Made by a program: the position numbers and the translations under genes. A stretch of 63,449 bases of DNA, filler included, from Octopus bimaculoides (lineage: Eukaryota): NCBI RefSeq assembly GCF_001194135.2. It is 5 parts of 4 records of this genome, joined end to end, with 100 filler letters (N's around TTAATTAATTAA, not from the genome) between each part and the next. Parts side by side here need not be neighbours in the genome. Positions count along the whole stretch, not along the records: positions 34,093 to 58,380 come from NC_069008.1; positions 58,481 to 63,449 come from NC_068983.1; 3 more parts are not named here. The stretch is one strand, 5' to 3'. This document shows positions 50,572-62,526 of this stretch, piece by piece (the first letter of the stretch is position 1; the number at the start of each line of letters is the position of its first letter). The notes under the pieces were generated by a model that saw only the letters and a program-made list of their open reading frames with translations, did no database searches and was not told the DNA's origin.

Positions 50572-51388
50572 CAATATTATTCTTTTTGTTTCTGTCAATT
50601 TTGGGGCGTTTCTGATGCTTATAGTTAGGAAGGTAATGACGAATGGAGAAATATTTATTGAGAAGGCAAATGGAAACAAAGTCAGAAATAGTGGAATCTA
50701 TGAAAAATGTAAAAGAAGCACAACTGAAAGAGAGAGAGAGGGAGATGATTTACACTCTACAGGGTGATTCAAAAGTCACCACACTTAAGAACAATTTTTT
50801 TTTAAAAGAAACAGTTTTTCTATTTAACTGTTTCTTATAACGAAATGAATTTTTCCTATGCATGGTGACTTTTGAATCACCCTGTAAATTGTAGAATTTT
50901 AAAAACAATTTGCTTCATAGCTGTGGTCACATGACCTGCTAGAAATAACAGTGCATTTCTCTTAAATTTCACCTTTCATTTATGAATATTGAAAACTATA
51001 TTGGAGGATGATGTCTTAGATATACAATACTAAAGAGTATGACAAGACGGAATGTCTTTAATTGTATTTCTGCTCAGTTAGAGATGCTCAGGGCGAAACA
51101 ACATTGTCAAATTATAAGTTCAGTTATTCAGGTAAATGTTTATTTCTGGAGAAATGTAAATTTTCCACTTTTGAATCTGTATTTTTAAGTAGCCTCCATA
51201 TTTTACACTGATGTATCTTTATTTCAGAATATCATATGACATTGGGATAACTGAAGATACATCCTCAATATTTATCATCTTTTAAGACTGAAAGAAAATG
51301 ATGTACAAAGCAAATTCTTTGTAAAGAGTGAACTATAAGAAGGAAAACAAGAACATTATATATACATTGTGATTTGAGGAGAAAAATA

Positions 51389-52852
51389 ATGGAAAAGAGT
51401 GAGAAGGTTGAAGCGTTCATTTCTGATGTCTGTAAAAGGTCCTTCTCTCGAAAAAGTGACCTAACTGAACACAAACATATTCGAATAAGAAAGAAGCCAT
51501 ATAATTGTGATATCTGTGGTAAATCATTCTCTCAAACTAGTAATTTAACTGTACACAGACTAATTCATACTGGAGAGGAGCCATATCACTGTGATATCTG
51601 TGGTAAATCATTTTCTCAAAATGATCACCTCACTAAACATAAACGTATTCATTCAGGAGAGAAACCATTTCATTGTGATATCTGTAGTAAATCATTCTCT
51701 CAGAGTAGTAATCTTTCTAGACACATACGTATTCATACTGGAGAGGAGCCATATCACTGTGATATCTGTGGTAAATCATTCTCTCATAGTAGTGCTTTAC
51801 CAAGACACAAATATATTCATACAGGAGAGAAACAATATCATTGTGTTATCTGTGGTAAATCATTCTGTGACAGTAGTGCTTTACCAAGACACAAACGTAT
51901 TCATACAGGAGAGAAGTCATATCATTGTGATATCTGTGGTAAATCTTTCCCTGTTGGTAGTGACTTAACTAAACACAAACGTATTCATACAGGAGAGAAA
52001 CCATATCATTGTGATATTTGTGATAAATCATTCTCTTGGATTAGTAATCTTTCTACACACAAGCGTATCCATACAGGAGAGAAGTCATATCACTGTGATA
52101 TCTGTGGTAAATCATTCTCTCAAAATGGTGACTTGACTACACACAAACATACTCATACAGGAGAGAAACCATATCATTGTGATATTTGTGGTAAATCATT
52201 CTCTAGGAGTAGTAATCTTTCTACACACAAACGTATTCACACAGGTGAGAAGTCATATCATTGTGATATCTGTAGTAAGTCATTCTCCAAATGTAATGAC
52301 TTAACTAGACATAAACATATTCATACAGGAGAGAAGCCTTATCAGTGTGATATCTGTGGTAAATCATTCTCTCTGAATAGTATCCTTTCTAGGCACAAGC
52401 GTATTCATACTGGAGAGAAGCCATATTACTGTGATATTTGTGGTAAATCATTCTCTGGTAGTAGTAATCTTTCTATACACAAACGTATACATACAGGAGA
52501 GAAGCCATATTATTGTGATATCTGTGGTAAATCATTCTCTGAAAGTAGTACTTTTCATAGACACAAACTTACTCATACAGGAGAGAAGCCTTATCAATGT
52601 GATATCTGTGATAAATCATTCAATCAAAATGGTGACTTAACTAAACACAAACGTATTCATACAGGAGAGAAGCCATACCACTGTGATATCTGTGGTAAAT
52701 CATTTTCTAATAGTAGTGACTTAACTAAACATAAACGTAGTCATACAGGAGAGAAACCATATCATTGTGATATCTGTGGTAAATCATTCTCTCGAAATAG
52801 TCATTTAAATGAACACAAACTTATTCATACAGGAGAAAAAAGAAAAGGGTAG
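51389..52852 (+). CDS. C2H2 zinc-finger protein, ZNF gene 4 (487 aa from ATG, 16 intact fingers + 1 degenerate)
   Basis: Intact ORF. The first finger lacks Cys1 because of a 15-codon in-frame deletion, and its last His is replaced by Arg. Confidence 0.95.
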   Translation: MEKSEKVEAFISDVCKRSFSRKSDLTEHKHIRIRKKPYNCDICGKSFSQTSNLTVHRLIHTGEEPYHCDICGKSFSQNDHLTKHKRIHSGEKPFHCDICSKSFSQSSNLSRHIRIHTGEEPYHCDICGKSFSHSSALPRHKYIHTGEKQYHCVICGKSFCDSSALPRHKRIHTGEKSYHCDICGKSFPVGSDLTKHKRIHTGEKPYHCDICDKSFSWISNLSTHKRIHTGEKSYHCDICGKSFSQNGDLTTHKHTHTGEKPYHCDICGKSFSRSSNLSTHKRIHTGEKSYHCDICSKSFSKCNDLTRHKHIHTGEKPYQCDICGKSFSLNSILSRHKRIHTGEKPYYCDICGKSFSGSSNLSIHKRIHTGEKPYYCDICGKSFSESSTFHRHKLTHTGEKPYQCDICDKSFNQNGDLTKHKRIHTGEKPYHCDICGKSFSNSSDLTKHKRSHTGEKPYHCDICGKSFSRNSHLNEHKLIHTGEKRKG

Positions 52853-53508
52853 TTTGTATGAGTTCTTTTGTAAACTACTTATTCTTTTTAATATTTCTGA
52901 TTTATATAATAAAAATTATGATTCTGAAAACAATGTTTTTCCAAAAATTTCAGTTTTTTTCTTTCTTTCCAAATCTTCTCCCCTACTTGGAATACCAATT
53001 TACTGTATATTTATTCTTTATTAATTTTTCAGTACAAAACGGAAGAGACTGCAAAGGGAAAATAATGGGGCATAACTGTAGTTTAGTGCTCCTCTACAGA
53101 CTATTTTGGGGGTTTTCAAACTTTTTGACTTATAAACGCATATGAAATTTATACATAAATATTTGCTTAAAATAACATATATTTTTACATTTCTTTATTT
53201 AACAGTATTTAACAAATAGGCTTATTGTCAATTAAAAGATTTTGATTAAAAAACATATATAAAATCAAATTGCCCATAAAAAGTATTTGCTGTCTACGGA
53301 TCCCCTGTCTTGTCCTTCGCGGACCACAGTTTGGACTATTTTCTCATAATTTTCAGAAGAATTGTGCTTTATATCAAACTGAGTAAAGGTCTAGATTACA
53401 GTTATTTTACTAAATTTTGAAGTAAAAGTTTCTCAAGGAGAGTGTCATCCTTTTCGACTCCACCTTGGTTTTATCAGAGATCATAGCCCAATTGATTAGG
53501 AAAAGAGG

Positions 53509-53780
53509 TAGCCTACATGAGATGCAGTTTCATTAAGTGCCAGGGAGAAGCACTCTAGATGCTCTTCTGAATAAGACAACTGCTGGGAAAGAATTTACAG
53601 AAAAATAAACCTCTGTATTTGGCTTTTGCTGACATGGACAACTCTTTTGGCAGGCTTCCTTGCTCCTTTATTTGGTAGTTTATGTGGTAGCTTGGGATGC
53701 ATGAGTGGTTTGTGACCCTAGGCGATGAATTCTCAATGCGCAATGGTAAGTCTTTTACCACTGATGTTAAATGAAACTAG
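53509..53780 (+). mobile_element. RTE-type reverse transcriptase fragment in 3' flank of gene 4
   Basis: EMQF.*VPGRSTLDALL / RQLL...KNKPLYLAFADMDNSFGRLPCSFIW...LGMHEWFV. An inverted copy lies at 56887-57094. Confidence 0.85.
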
Positions 53781-53789
53781 CATGCTCTT

Positions 53790-54790
53790 GATTGAGCTGT
53801 GGCTCTGTTGTGAAATGGAGATCCAATATGTTATTTGCCCTGTTTGGTCTGAGCTCATTTTTCTCTATGAATAGGGCACTGGTGAGGTTAAGCAGGGACT
53901 CCACCTGTACTTGTTTGCAATGAGTCATTCTTCAGAGCATGAGGGCCCCTGGCCATTTGACACTGAGGAAATTGAAATCACCCATAACAAAAACACTCAC
54001 ATGATGTTCCAGTTTCTTGAGGGTTTCTTTTATTCTTGTGAGGCAATCTCCAAATTTCTATGTGTAGTTTGGATCATCCGTTGGGCGATATGTATTGCAT
54101 GACTTTACTGGGTTGTCTTATGTATACAACTACTTATAGTGTCATATACTGAATTTGAGTGTGACAGTAGGATCTGGGGCATGATGTGTTCACAGATGTA
54201 TCCAGCAACTTCACCATGGGTCCTTTCCCTTCTGTCCATTTGCAGTATAGTATATTTTGGTGCGTGTACTTTTGCATCTTTTATATCAGGCCTAAGATGA
54301 GTTTCCACAAGTGCTATGCATAAGACTTGATTGCATGAGCAGTGTCTCTCTGGAAAAAGATTTTGCATTTGTTGTTGTCATGCAACAGGCCGCCAATATT
54401 TAGTTAAAATATTGGCATGACGATTGTGCTAGCATTAGGTGAAGCCATCCTGAGTCTGTTGATTGTGGCAGTCTTGTGCAGTGGTGGGCGAGGTTCAGTT
54501 TGCACTTAATGTAGCCAGGTCAGCTGTTGCACGATCTTTTGCACCATGCACAAAAATGACTTTTGCTCAGTTGCTGCATTTCGTATAACATCTGAAGAGA
54601 GCACTGCATCCACATACTTCCTCTTTGGAGAAGATTAGTGCCTTGCCTCTGAGAAGTATTTCTCCTGAAGGCTCTCGTAGTTTTGGCAGGGTCTCAGTTG
54701 AGCAAACAGTGTGTACCATCTTCCCCATGCTAACATTTGGCTTGCAGGTAAAATGTGCACGTGCTCGTCTTCACTCCATATTTTTATTCC
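53790..54790 (-). mobile_element. CR1/L2-like LINE 5' part: ORF1 Cys/His-rich remnant plus APE endonuclease
   Basis: ORF 54105-54368 has IALVETHLRPDIKDAKVHAPKYTILQMDRRERTHGEVAGY (APE). Upstream CTFYLQAKC*HG...C resembles CCCH fingers. Same family as 38985-39840. Confidence 0.8.
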
Positions 54791-55164
54791 CTAGTGTCGA
54801 GTATTCCATTGGAGCCTCCATATTTAGGTTGCTTTTTGTTTGCTGGTTTCGGCTATAGTTTCAGTTCTTTCATCTTTTCCTTTTTCTATTGTATGTTTTT
54901 GCTTGTGGTCTTTCCTTCCTTTACTGATAGTAGCCCTTACATTCCCCTGGGTTGTCCACAGGGGTGGGGACTCCATTCTTTTGTAGGACTACTGTCACGG
55001 AGAGACTTCTGGTTTTTGCTATCTTTTCCCTACTTTATCAGCCTGGAGATGGGAGCGATGATCTCCCTTGGATATATTATACGGGTACAAAATGTGTGCT
55101 GATAACGAACTGGAAACGATGTTTTCCAGGCGCTGAAAGACGTACATACATACATACACACACA

Positions 55165-55722
55165 CAGAGGTTGGACTAAATAATGGAAACACCTTAAAAT
55201 TTCAAACAAATTTATTTTAATATGGGGTAGGACCACCTTTGGCAGTAATTACAGCTTGAATTCTATTAAGTATGGACTCATACAAAGTTTAAATTTTTGT
55301 CCATTCTTCAGCTAAATCAGTCTCCAGTTCCTGTAGCGATGATGGTGGCGGATATCGACTCCTTACTTGTTTTTCTAAAATGCACCATAAATGTTCAATA
55401 ATATTGAGATCTGGGGACTGTAGTAGCCAGATAAGAAACTCAACTTCACTAGAATGTTCCTCGTACCATTCAGTAACAACTTTAGCGATGTGAATTGATG
55501 CATTATCATCCCGAAAGATTGTGTTTCCCTCCAGAAACAGTTCCGCAACCATAGGATGAATTTGATCAGATAAAATGCTTAGTCTTGACCATTAATTCTG
55601 CCATGAAGGGAAACCATTGGGCCAAATGATTTCCAAGATATAGCCCCCTAGATCATCACAGATCCTCCTCCATGTTTAATGTTGGAAGAAGGCAGTCTGG
55701 GTCAAATGCTTCTTTTGGCTGT
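55165..55722 (-). mobile_element. Tc1-like transposon, 3' half
   Basis: KHGGGSVMI*GAISW...FRDDNASIH...QSPDLNIIEHLW (DD34E spacing); TIR-like end CAGAGGTTGGACTAAATAATGGAAACACC. Confidence 0.92.
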
Positions 55723-55829
55723 GTATATATATATATGTGCATATACATATATATATATATATATAGTTCTGCAACACATCACCGCTTACTTTACAAATTG
55801 TGAAATTTGTGATTACACGTATGCTGTAG

Positions 55830-56853
55830 TTTGCAATGTTTGTCCTGGACAGGAAATTAGAACAAAGAGAAATGCAAAATTTTGCATTAAACTTGGGAAG
55901 TCTGCTTTGGCAACAAGTCAATGGATTATATGCAATGTTTTGAGTGGCACAGGTGCTTCAAAATTGGAAGAATGTTCCTGGAAGACCATGAACAATACTA
56001 GAAGACCTACCATGTGCATCATCTCCAGATGTGTGGAGAAAATTGATCAGCTTGTGCATGAGGATTATCAGAGAACAATCGTCATTCCTGATGTAGTTAG
56101 TGTCTGCATCTGCTCAGTTTGTCCCCTGCCTGCTGACCACTGATTAGAAAGTGCATCATATCAACGTCTATCAAGATCTGTGTCAGCGTGCCACTGATGA
56201 CCCATGTTTGATGTCAAGGATCATCACTGGTGACAAGAGCTGGGTCTACAGATATAACGTGAGACAAATCAGCAGTCATCACAATGGAAGAGACACAACA
56301 GAGCCACAGCTCAATCAAGAGCATGCTAGTTTCTTTTGACATCTGTGGTAAAAGACTTACCATTGCACATGGAGAATTCATCCCCTAGGGTCAGGTTGTC
56401 AATAGAGAGTTCTACTGTGACATTTTGAAGCATTTGTGAGAGGACATTCAACAAAAGCAACAGAGTTTTGAAGTAGGGAGGAATGGATTCTTCACAACAA
56501 GAATGTGTCCTCTCGCTGAGCTCTCCTCCCTCGTAAGTTTCTTGCCAAAAACATGGTATTGCTTCTGCATCTGCTCTATTCACCAGACTCATCAGCTGTG
56601 GACCTCCATCTCTTCCCCAAGATGAAAATGCAACTCAAATGTTGCCATTTTAAAAACATTGTCGAGATCCAGAACTAATCACAGAAGGTCCTCGACTCAC
56701 TTAAATGAAACAACTTTGAGGTCAGATTCCAAGAGTGGCAGGAACGCTGGGACCGGTGTATTGCTGTTCAAGGCGACAATTTCAGAGATGATGTCAAGAC
56801 ACAACTAGTAATGAAATATAACTCGTCTGAGAACCTTTTGAAACCACCTTGTA
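55830..56853 (+). mobile_element. Decayed mariner-like transposon
   Basis: KFCIKLGKSA, SRIITGDKSWVY, EF..GQVVNREFYCDILKHL and LYSPD...D.HLFPKMKMQL are mariner motifs, with frameshifts. It ends ...TTTTGAAACCACCTTGTA. Confidence 0.88.
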
Positions 56854-56886
56854 TGCATTTGAGAGGACATTCAGCTTGTATGCTGT

Positions 56887-57094
56887 TCACAAACCACTCA
56901 TCTATCCCAAGCTACCACATAGACCACCAGATAAAGGAGCAAAGAAGCCTGCCAAAAGATTTGTCCATGTCAGCAAAAGCCAAATACAGAGGTTTATTTT
57001 TCTCTGAATTCTTTCCCAGCACTTGCCTTATTCAGAAGAGCATCTAGAGTGCTTCTCCCTGGCACTTAACGAAACTGCATCTCATCTAGGCTAC
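56887..57094 (-). mobile_element. RTE-type RT fragment in 3' flank of gene 5 (co-duplicated with gene)
   Basis: Reverse complement of 53509-53716. Confidence 0.88.
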
Positions 57095-57340
57095 ATCTTT
57101 ACCTGGAAGTGATAGTCATTAACAAACCATGTATAGGGTTAGTAGAAGGTGTTGTTCCAGAAGAGAGTTTCCCACATTATGAAAAGGGCATGGGAGTAGG
57201 GGAGAGGATGGGGAGAGAATTTGGAAAGAAAGAAAAAGACTGAAATTTTTAGGAAACCATTATTTTCAGATTCATAATTTTTATTACATAAATCAGAAAT
57301 ATTATAAAGAAAAAGTAGTTTATAAAAGAACTCATACAAA

Positions 57341-58177
57341 CTACCCTTTTCTTTTCTCTCCCGTATGAATAAATTTGTGTTCAGTTAAATGACTATTTCG
57401 AGAGAATGATTTGCCACAAAAATCACAGTAATATGGTTTCTCTCCTGTATGAATACGTTTGTGTCTTGGTAAAGCACTACTGTCAGAGAATGATTTACCA
57501 CAGATATCACAATGATATGGCTTTTTTCCTGTATGAGTACGTATATGTCTAGTTAAATTACAATTTTGAGAAAATGATTTACCACAGATATCACATTGAT
57601 AAGGCTTCTCTCCTGTATGAGTACGTTTGTGTTTAGTTAAGTCACAACTATCAGAGAATGATTTACCACAGATATCACAGTGATATGGTTTCTCTCCAGT
57701 ATGAGCACGCTTGTGTGAAGTTAAAGCATTACTATGAGAGAAGGATTTACCACAGATATCACAATGAAATGGTTTCTCTCCTGTATGAATACGTTTATGT
57801 CTAGCTAAGTGACTACTGTCAGAGGATGATTTACCACAGATATCACAATGATATGGCTTTTTTCCTGTATGAGTAAGTTTGTGTGAAGTTAAAGCATTAC
57901 TATAAGAGAAGGATTTACCACAGATATCACAATGAAATGGTTTCTCTCCTGTATGAATACGTTTATGTCTAGATAAGTGACTACTGTCAGAGAATGATTT
58001 ACCACAGATATCACATTGATACAGCTTCTTTCTCCTATGAATATGTTTGTGTTCAATTAGGTCACTTTTTCGAGAGAAGGACCTTTTACAGACATCACAG
58101 TCATATGATGGCTTTCTCATCTCTTTTATCACGTCTTCATGAGAAATCACTTCTTCAACCTTCTCACTCTTTTCCAT
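57341..58177 (-). CDS. C2H2 zinc-finger protein, ZNF gene 5 (278 aa from ATG, 9 fingers)
   Basis: Intact ORF from MEKSEK to TGEKRKG. A 168-bp two-finger tandem duplication occurs at 57713/57881. AATAAA (minus strand) at 57280-57285. Confidence 0.95.
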   Translation of the reverse strand: MEKSEKVEEVISHEDVIKEMRKPSYDCDVCKRSFSRKSDLIEHKHIHRRKKLYQCDICGKSFSDSSHLSRHKRIHTGEKPFHCDICGKSFSYSNALTSHKLTHTGKKPYHCDICGKSSSDSSHLARHKRIHTGEKPFHCDICGKSFSHSNALTSHKRAHTGEKPYHCDICGKSFSDSCDLTKHKRTHTGEKPYQCDICGKSFSQNCNLTRHIRTHTGKKPYHCDICGKSFSDSSALPRHKRIHTGEKPYYCDFCGKSFSRNSHLTEHKFIHTGEKRKG

Positions 58178-60839
58178 TATTTTTCTCCTCAAATCACAAT
58201 GTATATATAATGTTCTTGTTTTCCTTCTTATAGTTCACTCTTTACAAAGAATTTGCTTTGTACATCAATTCCTACCAGTCTTAAAATATGATAAATATTG
58301 AGGATGTATCTTCAGTTATCCCAATATCATATGATGTTCTGAAATAATAAAGATACATCAGTGTAAAATATGGAGGCTACNNNNNNNNNNNNNNNNNNNN
58401 NNNNNNNNNNNNNNNNNNNNNNNNTTAATTAATTAANNNNNNNNNNNNNNNNNNNNNNNNNNNNNNNNNNNNNNNNNNNNTATATATGCACCTCATACGC
58501 ACACGTGTGTGTTTGTGTGCGTGTGTGTGTATTTGTGTATGTATGTGTTTCTTTTGGTAATGTATATTATTTTTAACCATTACCTTTTACTTCTTTCAGT
58601 GATTGGATAAATAATCATGTCCTAGATACGTTATAATTGTATAAAATTTGAGATGATCATTGGCCAGAACAATTTTAATTGCAAGTGTTTTCCATGAAAC
58701 TGAAGTGTACTAAATAACAATAACAACATAAGTGATAAATCGAAAAAGGACAAACAAAGCGAATTCTGTATCCTGTTAGAAACACTGGTAAATCCTGCCT
58801 TTCGAAACGCTGCAGGCCTATAAGTGCATGCGTTAAACACGTGTAACAAGCAAGACTAGTGCCAACAATTATAATATGGCAATGAATGAAAGTAAATAAA
58901 TAAATGACAACAAATCTGTCTTCAACATCTTCCTCAATACCGAAATTAAACATTTGAGTTAAGCTATTAATTTGAAAAATAGCAATAAACTTCCATGCCA
59001 TGACCTCTAATGGCAGCTCCTGAGCATTAAATTCATTGCTAAATTTTCTTTGAAAATATTTGAATTAATTGATTGTTCATTGGGTAAATAAATTTGAACA
59101 ATTTTCACGCTTAGTCAATGCTAATATTATTCGTAATGAATCTCTCAAGGCCATACGTAATAAAACAGAAAAAAATTACAAGGGAAATATTTGAAGATAA
59201 TTAAGTTATACAAAAAAGAAAAAAAACTCGTCTGTAGTGTATTGTCTACTGAGTGTCCATTTTAATTAAATAAGGAATTTTATAGATTTTTTCCTTGTTG
59301 AGACTGTTATTGTTATTTAGTACACGTCAGACTTCATGGAGTACACTTGCAATCAAACGTGCTTCGGCCACAACTCTCCCGAATTTTATAATTTCCTATC
59401 GTATCTAGGACGAAATTTATCAGTTGCAAAGATGATATTTTAAAAGAAATAGGGCTGTTATTTTTAGCAGACTGCCCGAGTACAAGATACCTCATTGGCT
59501 GTTGTTTTCACCCTGTCTCATATGATTACAATTCAGTTATTATACTTAACTCTTCTCATTTCTTTATTGCCCACAAGGGGCTAATTTTGTTAACGTTTCT
59601 TATTTCTTTATACTTAACTCTTCTTGATGCACTAAATATTGATCTTTTGTTTCAGAATTTTAACGCCACCCTTTAATTGTTCAGTGCTAAATATTCCGCA
59701 TTAAAGTGAAATATGTAGCAACAAAGGAAAAGTGTCTACGTGGTCGACTGACTTGTCAGATGTACCTGCCAAATTTGTATTCAGTCTCATTTTTATCCTC
59801 TCAAAACATTATACAATCTACAATGCAGTTAGGAGTCTTGTTCACTCTGGTAGGATGGGCATGGTTGGAATACCTTTAGTCATAGATATAAACGCAGAAA
59901 TGACCTGGGGCCAGACAATAATAAAAAATACAGCTCATTTCAAGTAACTTGAAAGTATTTTCTAAATTTATTTGCTAAAACGGAATTTAGTTACAATTTT
60001 ACACATTTATCAAGAGAAAATCTAAAAGTTATTTTTGTAGACATAGTTACAGAATTTCGAAATGTGATATAATTTTTTTTCTTTTCTTACNNNNNNNNNN
60101 NNNNNNNNNNNNNNNNNNNNNNNNNNNNNNNNNNNNNNNNNNNNNNNNNNNNNNNNNNNNNNNNNNNNNNNNNNNNNNNNNNNNNNNNNNNNNNNNNNNN
60201 NNNNNNNNNNNNNNNNNNNNNNNNNNNNNNNNNNNNNNNNNNNNNNNNNNNNNNNNNNNNNNNNNNNNNNNNNNNNNNNNNNNNNNNNNNNNNNNNNNNN
60301 NNNNNNNNNNNNNNNNNNNNNNNNNNNNNNNNNNNNNNNNNNNNNNNNNNNNNNNNNNNNNNNNNNNNNNNNNNNNNNNNNNNNNNNNNNNNNNNNNNNN
60401 NNNNNNNNNNNNNNNNNNNNNNNNNNNNNNNNNNNNNAAAAATTCAGTTTTAGCAAATAAAATATTGCATATCCTTACCTAAGGGTTTGTATAAAAAAAG
60501 TCATTACCAACTTTTTTAGTCACATTTTATATAACTGATTTATGAAGCAGCAACATAAATTTAAGAAGTTCCAACAACTAAATGTATGGGAATATTTAGT
60601 TTCGTAAATTCACAAACTGAGATCGAATTCTACCAGCATCCTATAAATATTTATTGTCTTTCTATCCTATGAACCAGTAATGTTTTTGGTCACTTAAAAT
60701 AAAATATTCTTTCTTCACTTGCCGAACAAATCGCTAATATGAAAATCTCAAACTTTTGTTCATTCTCCTTTTTATTGCAACCGTGTCAGTCTTAGACATA
60801 TAATGGTTTCCGAATTAAGCACATGACCACCTATTTAAA

Positions 60840-61820
60840 GGAGGAGGGTTTGTTGAATGCGTCAAATATAGTAACTGCTGGTACTTCATTTTATCGATCA
60901 GGAAGAATGAAAGGAAGAGCTGACAGCTTCGGGAATTAAATTCAGAACTTAAACAACCGGAAGAAATACGAGTAACTTTTTCCGACGCTCCAGCGGAAAA
61001 TACTGGTTTAAAATTTTGGCACAAGGCCCGCAATTTTAAAGAAAGGGACTAGTGTATATTACATCGACTCCAGTGCTCAACCGTTACTTATTTTTATCGA
61101 CGCTGCAAAGATGAAACACCACAAATTCTATATTTTTCATTTCTTACACTAGTTCCATTTAATAAGTGTTTATCATGTCTCTGCTTTTCATAATTTAAAT
61201 CTATTCTACTAAAGCAACTGTTGAGTTAAATGTCGGACAAACAACAGTGGAATTTGAACTAACAAGCATAAAGACAGGCGGAATGTGGTTAAGCAGTTTA
61301 GCTAGGCGCAGTAATGACTCTGCCAGCTCACCGCCTTAAAGTTGAATAATATTGGTTTCATATTTTAACGCAAGGCCAGCATTTCGGGGGAGGGAGTAAG
61401 TCTATCACATCGACTCCAGTGCTCAACTATTACTTATTTTTATCGACACTGCGAGGATGAAACAAAAGTCAACCTCGGCGGAATTTGAACTAATAACATA
61501 TTGGCGGATGGAATGCGGTGAAGCATTTTGACCGGGTGCAGTAATGATCCTATCATCTCGCTGCCTTAGGATCGAATAATAATCCTTTCTATTCATAGGC
61601 ACAAGGCCTGAAGTTTGGGGGGAGGGGGCAAGTCGATTAGATCGATCTCACTACTCAACTGGTACTTAACTTATCGACCGCGAAAGGATGAAAGGCAAAG
61701 TCGACCTCTGCGGAATTTGAACTCAGAACGTGCAGACAGACGAAATGACGCTAAACGTTTCGCCCAGCATGCTAGCTATTCTGCCAGCTCACCGCATTCC
61801 TTAGGATCGAATAATAATAA
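60840..61820 (-). mobile_element. Stack of four Meta-like SINE copies, one interrupted by a ~130-bp insertion
   Basis: Repeated TACTTA..TTTATCGAC / GGAATTTGAACT cores. The last copy is flanked by a CCTTAGGATCGAATAATAAT direct repeat (about 61564 and 61799). Confidence 0.85.
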
Positions 61821-62479
61821 CATGCAGTTGTCTACCACAATGCATGTATAGTTAAATCATTGCAAATCTCGTATATAATGAACGAAAGCTATAAGACAAA
61901 TGGTTATTTACATTGGTTTTACATGCTGATAATGTAAGATTTTATCTCTTATAGACGCCAATACGCACACACGTATATATCAGATCTATGTACACACACA
62001 CTAACACACACGCACACACATATACATACACACATACATACACACACAATATAATTTAAATATACGTATAGATGTGTTTATATGCAAAGTTACATAAGAA
62101 TACCCACACATGTATATGTATGTATGTAGATATGTATATAAATATATATTTATAAACACTCATTGCGATGAATATAAAAACGTATCAGATCGCTTGCCAA
62201 ATAGCAAATTAGGTGTCAACCTTTGCAGTTTTAATGAATGGAAATTATATGTTCATTAATCGTTATTTACTATAGAGACGTCGAGTTTTGCTTCTCTTGG
62301 CAGATTACTCTGTAATTAGACGTAAATGATCTGATTCATACGATTTATTGTTTGTGATTTGTTTCATGCGCATTATGGCTGCGTCTTACCAAAATATGCT
62401 TACGTACATTGTCATCATATACAAGGGTACACAAAGATAAGTATGTAGCTTACTATTCACAAGAGCATACGCACGCGCG

Positions 62480-62526
<47 letters not shown>

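Noticed and set aside
41355-52640. Overlapping ORFs such as [17 protein letters not shown] and MIYHRYH
   Set aside because: They are alternative-frame or antisense shadows of the 84-bp zinc-finger repeat.
59730-59910. Minus-strand exon-like segment bounded by CCCCAG and CAG|GTACAT
   Set aside because: Stops occur in all three frames, and there is no supporting neighbour exon.
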